Part shown: positions 48,513 to 58,992 of the stretch, piece by piece
How the letters are laid out: each line of letters begins with the position of its first letter
How positions within the stretch are numbered: the stretch's first letter is position 1
Assembly: GCF_964204645.1 (NCBI RefSeq)
Contig: NC_134034.1
Location: 8,940,962 to 9,004,961 of the forward strand
From: Tubulanus polymorphus
Taxonomy: Eukaryota > Animalia > Nemertea
Direction: 5' to 3'
DNA: 64,000 nucleotides
Notes under the pieces: generated by a model
The model's input: the letters and a program-made list of their open reading frames with translations, nothing else
Told to the model about the DNA's origin: nothing
Database searches by the model: none
Translations under genes and position numbers: made by a program

Positions 48513-49949
48513 TTATTTATTTTTTATCATATTCACTAAACCAAAAATAATAGCACTTACAACTGTGATTAAAAATAAAATAATATGTTCAGCAGCAAAG
48601 TTAATAATGTTTCCTGCAGATTTCAATATAAAACCAACAATTGAAGCAATAACTCCTGGTAAAGCTGCAGCAGATTTCTTTGATAGTTCCCATAAATATT
48701 TTGCTAATTTCTTTAAACCATCTTTAACTTTATCTTGTATAGAATTATTATCATTCGGGGGTTTATCCGGTTTATTGGGAGTAGGAGTAGATTTCAAAGC
48801 ATTTGATATAGCTAAACCAATTGTTGTAAATAACATAGTTACAGCTGTTAGAATTGAAAGAATTGTTATTCCTTCTAATTTGAATAATAACTTTATTCTA
48901 TCTTTCAATGATATTCTAGAATCTGGTTTTATTAGAAATCTTTTAAAAACATCTTTTAATCTATCAATATTATAATCATATGATTTTAATAATGATTTAA
49001 TTTCTTCTTTTTGTAATTCTATGTTATATTTTAAATCATCTTTTTCTTTTTCTAAACGAAATTCTTTTTGCCTATATTCTATTTCATCAATTACTTGATG
49101 ATCTAAATCAGACTTTAATTGTTCTATTTCTTTATTTTTATCAGTTAATTCTTTTTCTAAAGTTCTAATTTTTTGATCTCTTATACTTTTATTATGTACA
49201 ATTTTATCAGCTTCATTTCTTATACTAATAATTTCTCTAATTGCTTCATCAGAAAATATATTTAAATCTTCTAATTGTTGATCTGTTGCATCAAGTAATC
49301 CATTTGGTAAAAGTTTTTCAGTTTGAACTTCTCTTGAATTAGGTTTACTAGTTTTGGAATTAATAACTTCTTTAGGAATTTTTTTTTGTCTTAAATTTTC
49401 ATTAATTATCTCAAAAAATTTAGCATTTCTTTGTTTAAATTCTTTTATATTATAATCTCTTTCTTCTTGTGTAACATCAGTTATAACATCATCAATGATT
49501 TTCTTAATTCTATCTGGTTTAAATAAATTAAAAGTTGATTGTGTTATTATTTTATCGCTACTTTTAAGATTTGAAATCTTAAAATAATAGTCGCCTTTCA
49601 ATTTCCAATAATAATCACCATTTAAATATTTTAAATCTTTTACTAAATAATTCATACCTTTATTTGTTATATTGAAACCAGATCTTTTTAATATTGGTTT
49701 AAATTCATGAATAATTTCATTATAATTGTATTCTTTTTCTGTTATTTCTGGTACTTCATTTTCAATACTTATCTTTGAACGTGTTTTATCAATATATTGA
49801 GGTGTAGTTAAATTAGAATTATATGCTGATTCATCATTATTATCAATATTAGTTTCATTAAAATCGGATCGTGGTTCATCATCAATATATCCTTCATTAT
49901 CATTTCCCATTTCTCCCATTTCATAATCTTCTCCACCTTCTACATCCAT
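48513..49949 (-). CDS. Acidic/coiled-coil protein with C-terminal hydrophobic segments
   Basis: Shares the MDVEGGED start and the C-terminal third with 16036-17724. Confidence 0.8.
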   Translation of the reverse strand: MDVEGGEDYEMGEMGNDNEGYIDDEPRSDFNETNIDNNDESAYNSNLTTPQYIDKTRSKISIENEVPEITEKEYNYNEIIHEFKPILKRSGFNITNKGMNYLVKDLKYLNGDYYWKLKGDYYFKISNLKSSDKIITQSTFNLFKPDRIKKIIDDVITDVTQEERDYNIKEFKQRNAKFFEIINENLRQKKIPKEVINSKTSKPNSREVQTEKLLPNGLLDATDQQLEDLNIFSDEAIREIISIRNEADKIVHNKSIRDQKIRTLEKELTDKNKEIEQLKSDLDHQVIDEIEYRQKEFRLEKEKDDLKYNIELQKEEIKSLLKSYDYNIDRLKDVFKRFLIKPDSRISLKDRIKLLFKLEGITILSILTAVTMLFTTIGLAISNALKSTPTPNKPDKPPNDNNSIQDKVKDGLKKLAKYLWELSKKSAAALPGVIASIVGFILKSAGNIINFAAEHIILFLITVVSAIIFGLVNMIKNK

Positions 49950-49965
49950 TTATATAATAAAAAAA

Positions 49966-51267
49966 TTAAAATTTAAAATATAACATTCCTCCGATTACAA
50001 TTCCTATACAAGTTATAGCTAATTTAGTATTTTCATGGGATTTATTATCATCATTTAGTTTAATTATATCATGTTGAATTTTATTAGTTCTATTATTTTC
50101 TGTAGTATTGTAATCTTTTATTTTGGAATCATTATCCAATTTAATATTCTTAGTTTTAGTTTCAGTTGATTGAATATGTTTTTTATTTTTTTCACCTTCC
50201 ATTAATTTTGGAGCAGTAATAATCTTTTTATTTATATCATTTAATCCAAATGAATTATTTATTGTTGCAGTTTTAATTAGATTATTATAACCAATTATAT
50301 TTCCCATCTTTAATACTAAATCATTAGAAATAATTAATAGATTAGGGCCTATACAATAATTTAGTCTTACATGAGATTAATCTAAATAATTTTGATATCT
50401 TATAATGTTTTCTGGAATCGATCTATTTTTATCATCATGTATGGAATCTTCAAATAAAACTTTAAACTGTTTCTGCGCATCGAATGAAGTGTTATCATTT
50501 CCAATTATTGGGGATCTTGTTTCAACTTGAGCGCCTAGAATACATATCAAATAAATTCTAATAGATTGATTTATTCTTTGTATACCTGATTTTGTAAAAC
50601 CTTCACCATTTTCTAAAATGAAATTAACCCAACCATTATTATTATCAATTTTATAATTATGATAAGCTGAAATTCTATGCATATAATCAATTCTTTTTAT
50701 TTCAAACTCTTCACCAACACCTTGCAATTTACCATGCGCTCTAAAATCGGAATTAATATTTATATTAAATTCATTACATATTTTATAAAACTTGGATATA
50801 TTAATATTATTATCCAATTCTTTAAAATATTTAGACCCGGGTAAAGGACATTCTAATTCATTTAATATTATTCTGATTTGAAAATATGTGTGAAATCTAA
50901 ATATTGTGTGAATTAATTTTAAATCAGAATACTTCAAATTTTTATCTAAGTTATTTAAATGATCATTCCAACTTATTCCACATCCTGTTGTTGCACAATA
51001 AACAGCAAAATCTAATTGGTTCTGCCAATACTTCATATTAGATTTTACTTTATATATATGATATTCATCTCGAGTAAAAGTAACTTCATATGTATTAAAT
51101 ATATTTTCCATTTTAGAAATAAAAAACTGTGATTCATTAACATAAATTTCTAAATTAGTTAATGAATTTAAAACTATATTTTTATATGTAATGTTTTTCT
51201 TAAAATCTATTGCTGGAATATTATATTTAATTGATTTATTATATTGGAAAGCTTTTGGAAACCCCAT
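49966..51267 (-). pseudogene. CATTGCGIS-motif membrane-anchored protein interrupted by one nonsense codon
   Basis: TAA at 50377-50379 where A has AAA. ORFs 50377-51267 and 49966-50307 are in frame. Confidence 0.85.
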
Positions 51268-51283
51268 TTATATAATTAAAAAA

Positions 51284-51718
51284 TTAATAATTTATTAATT
51301 CTTTTAATAATTTATCTTGTTCTTCAACTGTTATATGACCATTTAAACTTATTATATAATCTAGTGTGTTCTTTAATTTATTAATTTCTTATATATTAGT
51401 TTTGATTTTTTCTTTATTACTTTTTATATTTAATTTTGAACTTATACCAGTTAAAACACTTGAACTTAATCCTAATACACCAATTGATATAGCTAAAGGT
51501 GTTAATGGACTAAATATTGCTAGAAATGTTATTACAGAACTAATTGTAACCGAACCACTTATAATCAAATAATATATAATTTTACTTTTTAAATATTTTT
51601 TCTTTTTTATCTTTAAGTCACTTTCAAATTCTAATATTTGTTTTTCTAAATATGTTTTTAATTTAGTTTTATTTATATCATGAGGAATAATATCAATACT
51701 ATCAACTTTATCTTCCAT
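51284..51718 (-). pseudogene. Two-helix membrane protein with a premature stop at 51389
   Basis: A reads NIKEINK here, while C has TAA. Homology continues to the A stop position. Confidence 0.75.
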
Positions 51719-51737
51719 TTATTTAGAATAAAAATTA

Positions 51738-52160
51738 CTAATTAGTAAACTTATAAGCAATAAATATAACAATAACAGTTCCACCTAAAATCCATATTAT
51801 TTCATATTTCTGTTGTTCTTTACTTGGGGTATAATAATCTGATAATTTAGGTTTGTATAGATGTAATTTTTCTTTATTTGTTACTGCGTTATATAAACTC
51901 ATTGCATCATCAACTGATTGAAAATCTCTATGTGAAATCTTCTGATCATATAATTCTTTATTGATGTAATCCATATAGTTTTGCCTCTTTTCTCTATATT
52001 CTTCTGCAGCTTTATTGTATTTCTCTAACGCTAAGTTATGTCTTCTTTGTTCTCCTAATGAACTATTTTTATCAATATGTTTAAATAAATAACCACCACC
52101 AGTAAATGCTAAAGCGTTAACAATTGCCGATCCTATAATAGTTATAATTGCAGAAGCCAT
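51738..52160 (-). CDS. 140-aa hydrophobic structural-module protein
   Basis: Near-identical to 19576-19998. Confidence 0.85.
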   Translation of the reverse strand: MASAIITIIGSAIVNALAFTGGGYLFKHIDKNSSLGEQRRHNLALEKYNKAAEEYREKRQNYMDYINKELYDQKISHRDFQSVDDAMSLYNAVTNKEKLHLYKPKLSDYYTPSKEQQKYEIIWILGGTVIVIFIAYKFTN

Positions 52161-52188
52161 TTATTTAGCAAAAAAAATTACACACTTC

Positions 52189-52410
52189 TTATATGGGAGG
52201 AATATATTTTTGTTTTTCCAAATAATCAATAGTTAAATTAGATAAAGTAACTGCTAACGTTAATTTCAAAATATCATTTATATCAAATCTATCAACATTA
52301 ACACTTCCCATTTTGAATACTTTTTTTAATACCATTGAATAACCAACCGTTCCAACTGATAGTAATGCGCCATTATATAATCCAGTTATTATCCACTTAT
52401 TATCACTCAT
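52189..52410 (-). CDS. 73-aa hydrophobic protein
   Basis: Near-identical to 20023-20244. Confidence 0.8.
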   Translation of the reverse strand: MSDNKWIITGLYNGALLSVGTVGYSMVLKKVFKMGSVNVDRFDINDILKLTLAVTLSNLTIDYLEKQKYIPPI

Positions 52411-52767
52411 TTATTTATCAAAAAAATTACTATCATCAAAATATTTAGTTAACTTAGTGATGATTATTTCAACATTTATTTCATTACTAGTTTCATTTGT
52501 ATATATTTCAATTATTATTTTTTTGATATCATCGATGATAAAATCTTCATCTAATTCATAAAATCTTAAAGATTCTCTAATTAAATTAGTAATCTTTTCT
52601 ACATTAAAAGTTTCTTTATCTATTGTTGTTTCATACTCAAATGTTGTTTCATTAGAAAATGCAATATTTTTGATATGTGTAATTACATCATTCATATTAA
52701 ATTTCATTTCTTTCTCACGTTTAAAATCAAAACCAAAACATATACTCGGTCCAACAGTTATATTCAT
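52411..52767 (-). CDS. 118-aa acidic protein
   Basis: Near-identical to 20245-20601. Confidence 0.8.
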   Translation of the reverse strand: MNITVGPSICFGFDFKREKEMKFNMNDVITHIKNIAFSNETTFEYETTIDKETFNVEKITNLIRESLRFYELDEDFIIDDIKKIIIEIYTNETSNEINVEIIITKLTKYFDDSNFFDK

Positions 52768-52783
52768 TTATATAATGAAAAAA

Positions 52784-53539
52784 TTACTCTTTACATCTTA
52801 TAACTAATTCATAAATTACAGGGAAATTATTTAAATCAATTAAGTATCCATTATGATTTCTTATTTCTAATTTAAAATTATTAAATTGAGGAATACAAGG
52901 TTTGAAATCACATTCAGCTAAATTATAATTTATTTGCGTTCCAAATTGTTTAACATTCTTCAATGGTAAAATGTTTAATATACTAGAATTACAAGTTATA
53001 TCTTTAGTTGCTTCGAATGTTTTTGTAGGATCGATTAAATTGCAATAAATATAAAAGTGTGTAAAAGTCATTAAATTTGTATAAGTTTCGATACTTGAAT
53101 AATCTCTATCCGGGAGAATTCCAAACAGTTTAGCTAAAGGTTTTCTTACTAGAAATCTATGTTGTTCATTAGTTAACTTTATTCTTATTTTATTCGAACT
53201 ATCATTTTTGATAAATTTAATTTCAAATCTAGCAGCTGCACCCATTTTTAAACGAGCTCTTCTATTAATTTCTTGCGCTAATGTTTCTAAATTATATAAT
53301 CCTGGTTTTAGATAAAGATGAAACCATTTATTCAAATTTCTAACATGAATTTTAAAAGCTAAATGATCAAGACTTTTATTTGATATATTATGAAAAGAAT
53401 TACATAAACTTATATTTACTAATTTTAAATCTACACAATTCTTAAATTCTCTATCTAATTGTACTAATAAATTATGAGATTTATAATTTGTAAGCCTTCT
53501 AGAATCTACAAATATTCTGTATTCTTTTAATTCTACCAT
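52784..53539 (-). CDS. Minor capsid protein (penton, single jelly-roll)
   Basis: 251 aa. IFVDS, LKPGLYN, FYIYCNLI, ILPL and LEIRNHNGYLIDLNNFPV pattern typical of Polinton/PLV pentons. Confidence 0.8.
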   Translation of the reverse strand: MVELKEYRIFVDSRRLTNYKSHNLLVQLDREFKNCVDLKLVNISLCNSFHNISNKSLDHLAFKIHVRNLNKWFHLYLKPGLYNLETLAQEINRRARLKMGAAARFEIKFIKNDSSNKIRIKLTNEQHRFLVRKPLAKLFGILPDRDYSSIETYTNLMTFTHFYIYCNLIDPTKTFEATKDITCNSSILNILPLKNVKQFGTQINYNLAECDFKPCIPQFNNFKLEIRNHNGYLIDLNNFPVIYELVIRCKE

Positions 53540-53607
53540 TATTTATAACATAAAAAAATTACCGCTCATCACTAAAAATTAATTTTAATAAAATTTTTCC
53601 TTAATAA

Positions 53608-54909
53608 ATGGAAGAGAAGATAGAATGTGAAATTTGTGGTGAACTTCTAAGAAAAAGTAATAAGGCTCGACATATGAAAAAACATGATGAAAATTATAAA
53701 CCCCCTAAAATAAACTGTCCAAAATGTAATCAATTATTCTCAAGAAATTATGTTAAAAAACATTCAGAGAAGTGTAGAATTAATGGCGCAACGGCTAATG
53801 TTGGTAATAATTCTGCTGAAGTTGAACCTGAAGTTATTTGGAAAAGACCTTTTTTATTTTATAACAAGAATAATGTAAAGAATAATTTCTGTGAGCCTTG
53901 TCAAGTAAAATATAGCCCTGACAATATAGAAGATTGGGAGAATCATCAATTTTGTAAAGCACACATAGATAAAATTTCTAATAAATTTGAAACTGAATTC
54001 AATGAAAGAAAAAATAATTTATTAGAAAAAATAAAATATGAGAAAACGTTACCAGATAATGAAGAAACAGTTGAAAAGTTAGAAAAACAATATAATGAAT
54101 TAACAAGAAAAACATATTATTGTAAATATTGTAAATTGATTATTACAACAAGTAATTCAAATCTACATAATAGAACAATAAAACATAAAGAAAACGTAAG
54201 AAAATACCAAGAGCTTAATGAAGATCTATTACCAATAAATTATAAACAAAAATGCCCACAATGTAGTTATGCGACCTTAAGGCAAGAAGGTACTGTGTTA
54301 TTTTGTGTTGATTGTGGATGGCAAAAGAATTTATGGGGTGAAGAAAAAACTAGAAATTTTCTTATAGATCCAAAATTAAATTATCTTGATGAAATTTTTA
54401 AAATATTTTCTATAGAAGATCATACACCAGAATATATGCAATGGCTTGAAAAAATGAAAATAATAGAAAATAAAAATGGTGAAATAACTAAAAAAGATAT
54501 TATAAAAACAATTATTCCACCAACATTTAACACAAAAGAAAAGAAAATGTATTTATATTTATTATTTAACGATTATTATGAAAAACCTAAATTAACAGAA
54601 GAAGATATGGAAAATATAAAAAAAATATTTAAACAAATATTAATGTATCATTTGGAAAATAGAATAACAGATTCAATAAATTATGAATTTTTTTTAAATA
54701 AGATTGTAAATTATTTAAACCTAGATATTATAATTCCATTTGATGAATTAACAAACAAAAAGAAACAAAGAGAGCGAGATGAAATGTGGAACAAGATAGA
54801 ACTTTATTTAAATGAGAAAAATGGAATGGAAGAAGAACCTGAACAATTAAATGAAAATGAAGAAGCTAATAGTGATTTCGAGTATGATGATATTGATTTT
54901 ATGTTTTAA
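53608..54909 (+). CDS. Multi-zinc-finger protein with an acidic tail
   Basis: CEIC..HMKKH, CPKC..HSEKC, CEPC..H..H, CKYC..H..H and CPQC..CVDC motifs. Confidence 0.85.
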   Translation: MEEKIECEICGELLRKSNKARHMKKHDENYKPPKINCPKCNQLFSRNYVKKHSEKCRINGATANVGNNSAEVEPEVIWKRPFLFYNKNNVKNNFCEPCQVKYSPDNIEDWENHQFCKAHIDKISNKFETEFNERKNNLLEKIKYEKTLPDNEETVEKLEKQYNELTRKTYYCKYCKLIITTSNSNLHNRTIKHKENVRKYQELNEDLLPINYKQKCPQCSYATLRQEGTVLFCVDCGWQKNLWGEEKTRNFLIDPKLNYLDEIFKIFSIEDHTPEYMQWLEKMKIIENKNGEITKKDIIKTIIPPTFNTKEKKMYLYLLFNDYYEKPKLTEEDMENIKKIFKQILMYHLENRITDSINYEFFLNKIVNYLNLDIIIPFDELTNKKKQRERDEMWNKIELYLNEKNGMEEEPEQLNENEEANSDFEYDDIDFMF

Positions 54910-57900
54910 TGACCATAAGGTAATGTTTTTATACCATCATCTAAAATATGCCTTTTATCATCAAATGGATTTAAACTAGTTTTTTCAACTTCATTAATGT
55001 ACATCTCATGATCTTCTGATCTTAAACAATTCATTTTGTGTTTCATTAAAATTGATTTATATAAACACTTTATATAATCTTGAAATTCTATATGTTTATC
55101 AACCACATGTTTTGTTATTCCTTTTAACTTTTTAGCTTCATGATCTTTTGTTCTGTAACTATACATTTTACTTCTTATCCCAACAAATTCAATCATTTCA
55201 TCACCTCCTAATTCATCTTTAAACTTACCAGGAATCTTTTTATTATCATTACTAAACAATTCATGATCTTTAGGGTAATTGCTAAAGTCGAAATAATGTT
55301 TCAATGTTTTTAAGTCTTTTGTTATATCATTTGTCTTTATTTTTAGTATGTACGCGTCAATATCAAAATATAATATTTCAATGTGTTTTTCCCCAAAATG
55401 GGGTTGTAATACATTATAATAAAAATCGTACATTAATAATTTTGAAACTTCTAAAACTGTTGAACCAATGAAAATGGGTTTATTAAATTTCATGGATGTT
55501 CTTTTCAATTTTACCGCTGTTAAATAATCTTCGAATCTTTTATTTCCTAGATGTCTAGGACTTGATTGTAAATGCCTTAATCTTTCATAATTATTTACTA
55601 ATTCAATGTCGTTTCTATTACGAATATTCTCACAAGTTTTTCCATAAAAACTATTATTCATCAATTTAAAACAATCTTTTTCGAAATCAGTTTTTGATAT
55701 TGTTCTCTGTTGAGTATTGAAATCTATATATTTTTCTAACCACTTCGATTGATTAAATTCAATATATCTATGTACTTTCTTTAATTTCATTCCTTGTTTT
55801 AGATAAAATTTTAACATTCTATAATGAACAATATAATTGTATTTATTATTTTGAGTAAGTATTAATTTTTCTGTAAAAACATGATCTTTCGGTTTTATTT
55901 TCTTCTGGTATTCACTTAAATAACTATCATCTACAGTTAAATGTTCTGGGCAATAAGGTAAGTTTCTTGTTTTAAACTTTATATTTTCAGGATATTCTAA
56001 ATCAACTACAAAGAAATAACCAATTGGTGCTTCATCTTTTAAACTCGCAATTGCGCTTTCCCAATCAGTTTTATCATCATTTTCAACTTCTGTTAATATA
56101 AAATTTTTATATGGTTGAGGTTGCATCATTGCCCAACCATATAAATTATTGGCGTCAATATATAATAATTTATATTCATCATTTGCTTTAAAATACCTAT
56201 CTCCCATAACACCACTAATTCCACCTCTAATTGATTTTTCAAATAATAAAACCATATCTGGTTCTTTTAATAAATCTAATTCTACATTTGTATATTTTAA
56301 ACCACATTGCCAGGTTAAACCAGGACTAGAGTAGCAATAACAAGGATCAACATTAAAATGGTTTAGATTAACTTCTCTAAACTTTTCAAATATGTCAGCC
56401 AATATCATAACATCTGATTTTAAATATAAATCAACTAATTCGCCATGATTTTTCATCTTAAAATGGTTCCAAATATTTAATGTTCTATCAAAAACTTTGT
56501 CTTTCACATACTCCTCTTTTAATTTATCATAAAATTGATCTTTTAATAATTCTGTTACATTAAAATCATCATGTGTTTTATAAAATGAATAAGGAATTGC
56601 GCCTTTATATCTCAATAATTTAAAATCTTGGTCATTTGGATAATAATATCGAGTTATAACAAAATCATTATCAACTAATGATTTTGATAAATTATCTAAT
56701 GAACTTGCTAGAAATCTATAAGAATCTAAAAATCTAATGCAACCAAATTGAAATGAAATATAATTTTCAGATGTTTTAGCTAATAGTTTAAAATCATATT
56801 TTCTTACATTTGCTTCGTTCATAGCATTAAATTCTTCTATTTCTTGATTAATTGCGCCCAATTTTCCCGATAATTGTTTTATAAATAGATGGGTATCATA
56901 TCCTGATAAATTATGAAATAATATTGGTACGAAATTTACTTTTTTAGCTTGTAAATTGCAATCTTCATGAGCAGCTCCACGATATTTTGAATTTAAATGA
57001 TCATGATCTCTAACTCTTTTATCAAATGAATAAAAACGTTTTTCACAATAACAACAATGAGTTGCATAATTAAAATCAATTTCATCTTCTTTTGTCATAA
57101 CTATTCTTTTATTTTTGTTTAATAATTTTGCAAAATCACTTTCTAATTCAATCATTTTATCACAAAAATCATTAACTACATTTTCACCTCTAAAAGAAAT
57201 ATATTGACTTTCATATAATTCGGGATAATTTGATTTTATATAAATTCCATAAGCAGCGGCTCTTTGATGAACTTTTTTAATTGTATTTATAATTGGTGGG
57301 TCTTGAATTATATCTTCATTTAATTCATTTCCTTTATCCATTGATTTAAATAATTGCTTTTTGTTATATATTTCTTTTCTATCTTGATCAGTTAATTCTT
57401 TATTCAACGATTCAAAATCCCCATAAATTACAAATGGAACAATATTTTTAAATTTATGATTAGTAAATTTCAATTTATAATCTTTTTCTGTTGGCATTAT
57501 TAATTTACAAAAATCTTTATTATCACATAATTCTTTATGTTTTAATAATGTATTCTCAGTTCTAAATTTAGATAAACATTTTCTACATAGATAAATTTTA
57601 TGGCTGTTAAAATCACTTTCTGTTCTAAAGAATAAATCAATTTGTTTTAACCACATATAATGTTCATTTTCATCTTTTTTGTAATATAACAAATCTATAG
57701 CATTTTCATCATCATAATATTCTGTTAAATATAAAGCTTCCAATGTATAATCTTTAATATTTTCACCTTTTGTCTTTGGTAATTGCATTAATTCGAATAC
57801 ATTTATTTTTAAATTATTAATTTTTTCTATTTTGGGTATCATTTTTATAGTTACTGGATATTGATCAATTTTATATAATGTTTCATATTTCCGGTAATCT

Positions 57901-58907
57901 GTTATTCTATAAACATGTTCTTCTGTTGGATGTAAGCAACTAATAATTGACCATAGAAAACATTTATTATCTTCATTTTGAACATTTATTACTGCTTTTG
58001 TTGTAAATGGTAATTTAATATAAGATGATGCTTTAATATCCTTTTCTGTTGTAAAGTTTGAATCATTTTTAAACATTTTATTACTTTTTGATGTTTTATT
58101 CCTTTTTGTATTATAAACATTTAAATCTAAATATATAATTTCATTCAATGTTAAGCCAGAACCCTCAAAATATCTTTCTTCAATATGACGTTTAAATTCA
58201 TTTAATATTTTTTCTAACTTCTCTTTTATTTGTGTTTTTGAAATTATTTCTTCAGAGAGTGTTTGAATATTATAATCCATTTTTTCTTCTGACTTTATAA
58301 AACTTACTTTCCCAGAGATACTAATTTTTGGATATTCAACATCTGTTATCAAATCTAGTATTTTTTCTATTATTTCATTAAATTTATTATAATCTTCTAT
58401 TGTTGTACCTTTAAAAAATCTAAATATAATAGCTGCAGGACCAATTTTACTATGTAATGTTTCTAAGATTTCAATTGTATCTTTTATTTCTAGTGAATCA
58501 ATATAATTTCTAACATTTTCCATGTAAGGTTTATTTGAAATGGATTTAGTTTTTGAAGTTGATTCTTTTACTTGTTGAGGTTTATTATCAAAATATTCTA
58601 ATCCTAAAACATTATTACTCAAATTTTTATAATGTTTTTGTGATTCGAGATGTCTATTATAATTCCTTTTTACTATAAATTCATTACAAACTTCACATTT
58701 TATTTCATCCACATTCATATTTTCTAATCGTTCTTTTCTTTCATTGGAATTTTCTGGAGTTTCAAAATCTATTACATTTTTTATATGATTTGCAGTTTTT
58801 TCATGTCGTGTTTTATTAGATGTATCGATGTATTTTTTACAATATTGACAATAATATTGATTTTTATTGACATTATTGTTTTCTAGTTGGAACTCACTGT
58901 CTCCCAT
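54906..58907 (-). CDS. Full-length protein-primed family B DNA polymerase with two N-terminal C2H2 fingers
   Basis: 1333 aa. NEDNKCFLW, YGDFES, EndoVII-like insert, FHNLSGYD, YIDANNLYG and KLMNNSFYGK motifs. Motif C reads YFDIDA. Confidence 0.96.
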   Translation of the reverse strand: MGDSEFQLENNNVNKNQYYCQYCKKYIDTSNKTRHEKTANHIKNVIDFETPENSNERKERLENMNVDEIKCEVCNEFIVKRNYNRHLESQKHYKNLSNNVLGLEYFDNKPQQVKESTSKTKSISNKPYMENVRNYIDSLEIKDTIEILETLHSKIGPAAIIFRFFKGTTIEDYNKFNEIIEKILDLITDVEYPKISISGKVSFIKSEEKMDYNIQTLSEEIISKTQIKEKLEKILNEFKRHIEERYFEGSGLTLNEIIYLDLNVYNTKRNKTSKSNKMFKNDSNFTTEKDIKASSYIKLPFTTKAVINVQNEDNKCFLWSIISCLHPTEEHVYRITDYRKYETLYKIDQYPVTIKMIPKIEKINNLKINVFELMQLPKTKGENIKDYTLEALYLTEYYDDENAIDLLYYKKDENEHYMWLKQIDLFFRTESDFNSHKIYLCRKCLSKFRTENTLLKHKELCDNKDFCKLIMPTEKDYKLKFTNHKFKNIVPFVIYGDFESLNKELTDQDRKEIYNKKQLFKSMDKGNELNEDIIQDPPIINTIKKVHQRAAAYGIYIKSNYPELYESQYISFRGENVVNDFCDKMIELESDFAKLLNKNKRIVMTKEDEIDFNYATHCCYCEKRFYSFDKRVRDHDHLNSKYRGAAHEDCNLQAKKVNFVPILFHNLSGYDTHLFIKQLSGKLGAINQEIEEFNAMNEANVRKYDFKLLAKTSENYISFQFGCIRFLDSYRFLASSLDNLSKSLVDNDFVITRYYYPNDQDFKLLRYKGAIPYSFYKTHDDFNVTELLKDQFYDKLKEEYVKDKVFDRTLNIWNHFKMKNHGELVDLYLKSDVMILADIFEKFREVNLNHFNVDPCYCYSSPGLTWQCGLKYTNVELDLLKEPDMVLLFEKSIRGGISGVMGDRYFKANDEYKLLYIDANNLYGWAMMQPQPYKNFILTEVENDDKTDWESAIASLKDEAPIGYFFVVDLEYPENIKFKTRNLPYCPEHLTVDDSYLSEYQKKIKPKDHVFTEKLILTQNNKYNYIVHYRMLKFYLKQGMKLKKVHRYIEFNQSKWLEKYIDFNTQQRTISKTDFEKDCFKLMNNSFYGKTCENIRNRNDIELVNNYERLRHLQSSPRHLGNKRFEDYLTAVKLKRTSMKFNKPIFIGSTVLEVSKLLMYDFYYNVLQPHFGEKHIEILYFDIDAYILKIKTNDITKDLKTLKHYFDFSNYPKDHELFSNDNKKIPGKFKDELGGDEMIEFVGIRSKMYSYRTKDHEAKKLKGITKHVVDKHIEFQDYIKCLYKSILMKHKMNCLRSEDHEMYINEVEKTSLNPFDDKRHILDDGIKTLPYGH

Positions 58908-58992
58908 TTATTAGGGAAAAAAATTACTTGTGGTGATGAGTGGTGTCTCGTCCTCTCGTCCTCTGGCCTGAAAACGCCATCTTCTAATTACT
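58823..58992 (-). repeat. Right terminal inverted repeat of C (contains the pPolB promoter and first 28 codons)
   Basis: Reverse complement of 42517-42686. Confidence 0.97.

Larger units (their letters stand above)
42517..58992. mobile_element. Full-length Polinton/Maverick element C (16,476 bp)
   Basis: TSD CATGAT at 42511-42516 and 58993-58998, AG...CT termini, 170-bp TIRs, and pPolB, INT, ATPase, MCP, mCP genes. Confidence 0.97.

Noticed and set aside
50377-50379. Programmed stop-codon read-through or an alternative genetic code
   Set aside because: The stops are copy-specific single substitutions (AAA to TAA), and TAA is the normal terminator of these genes.
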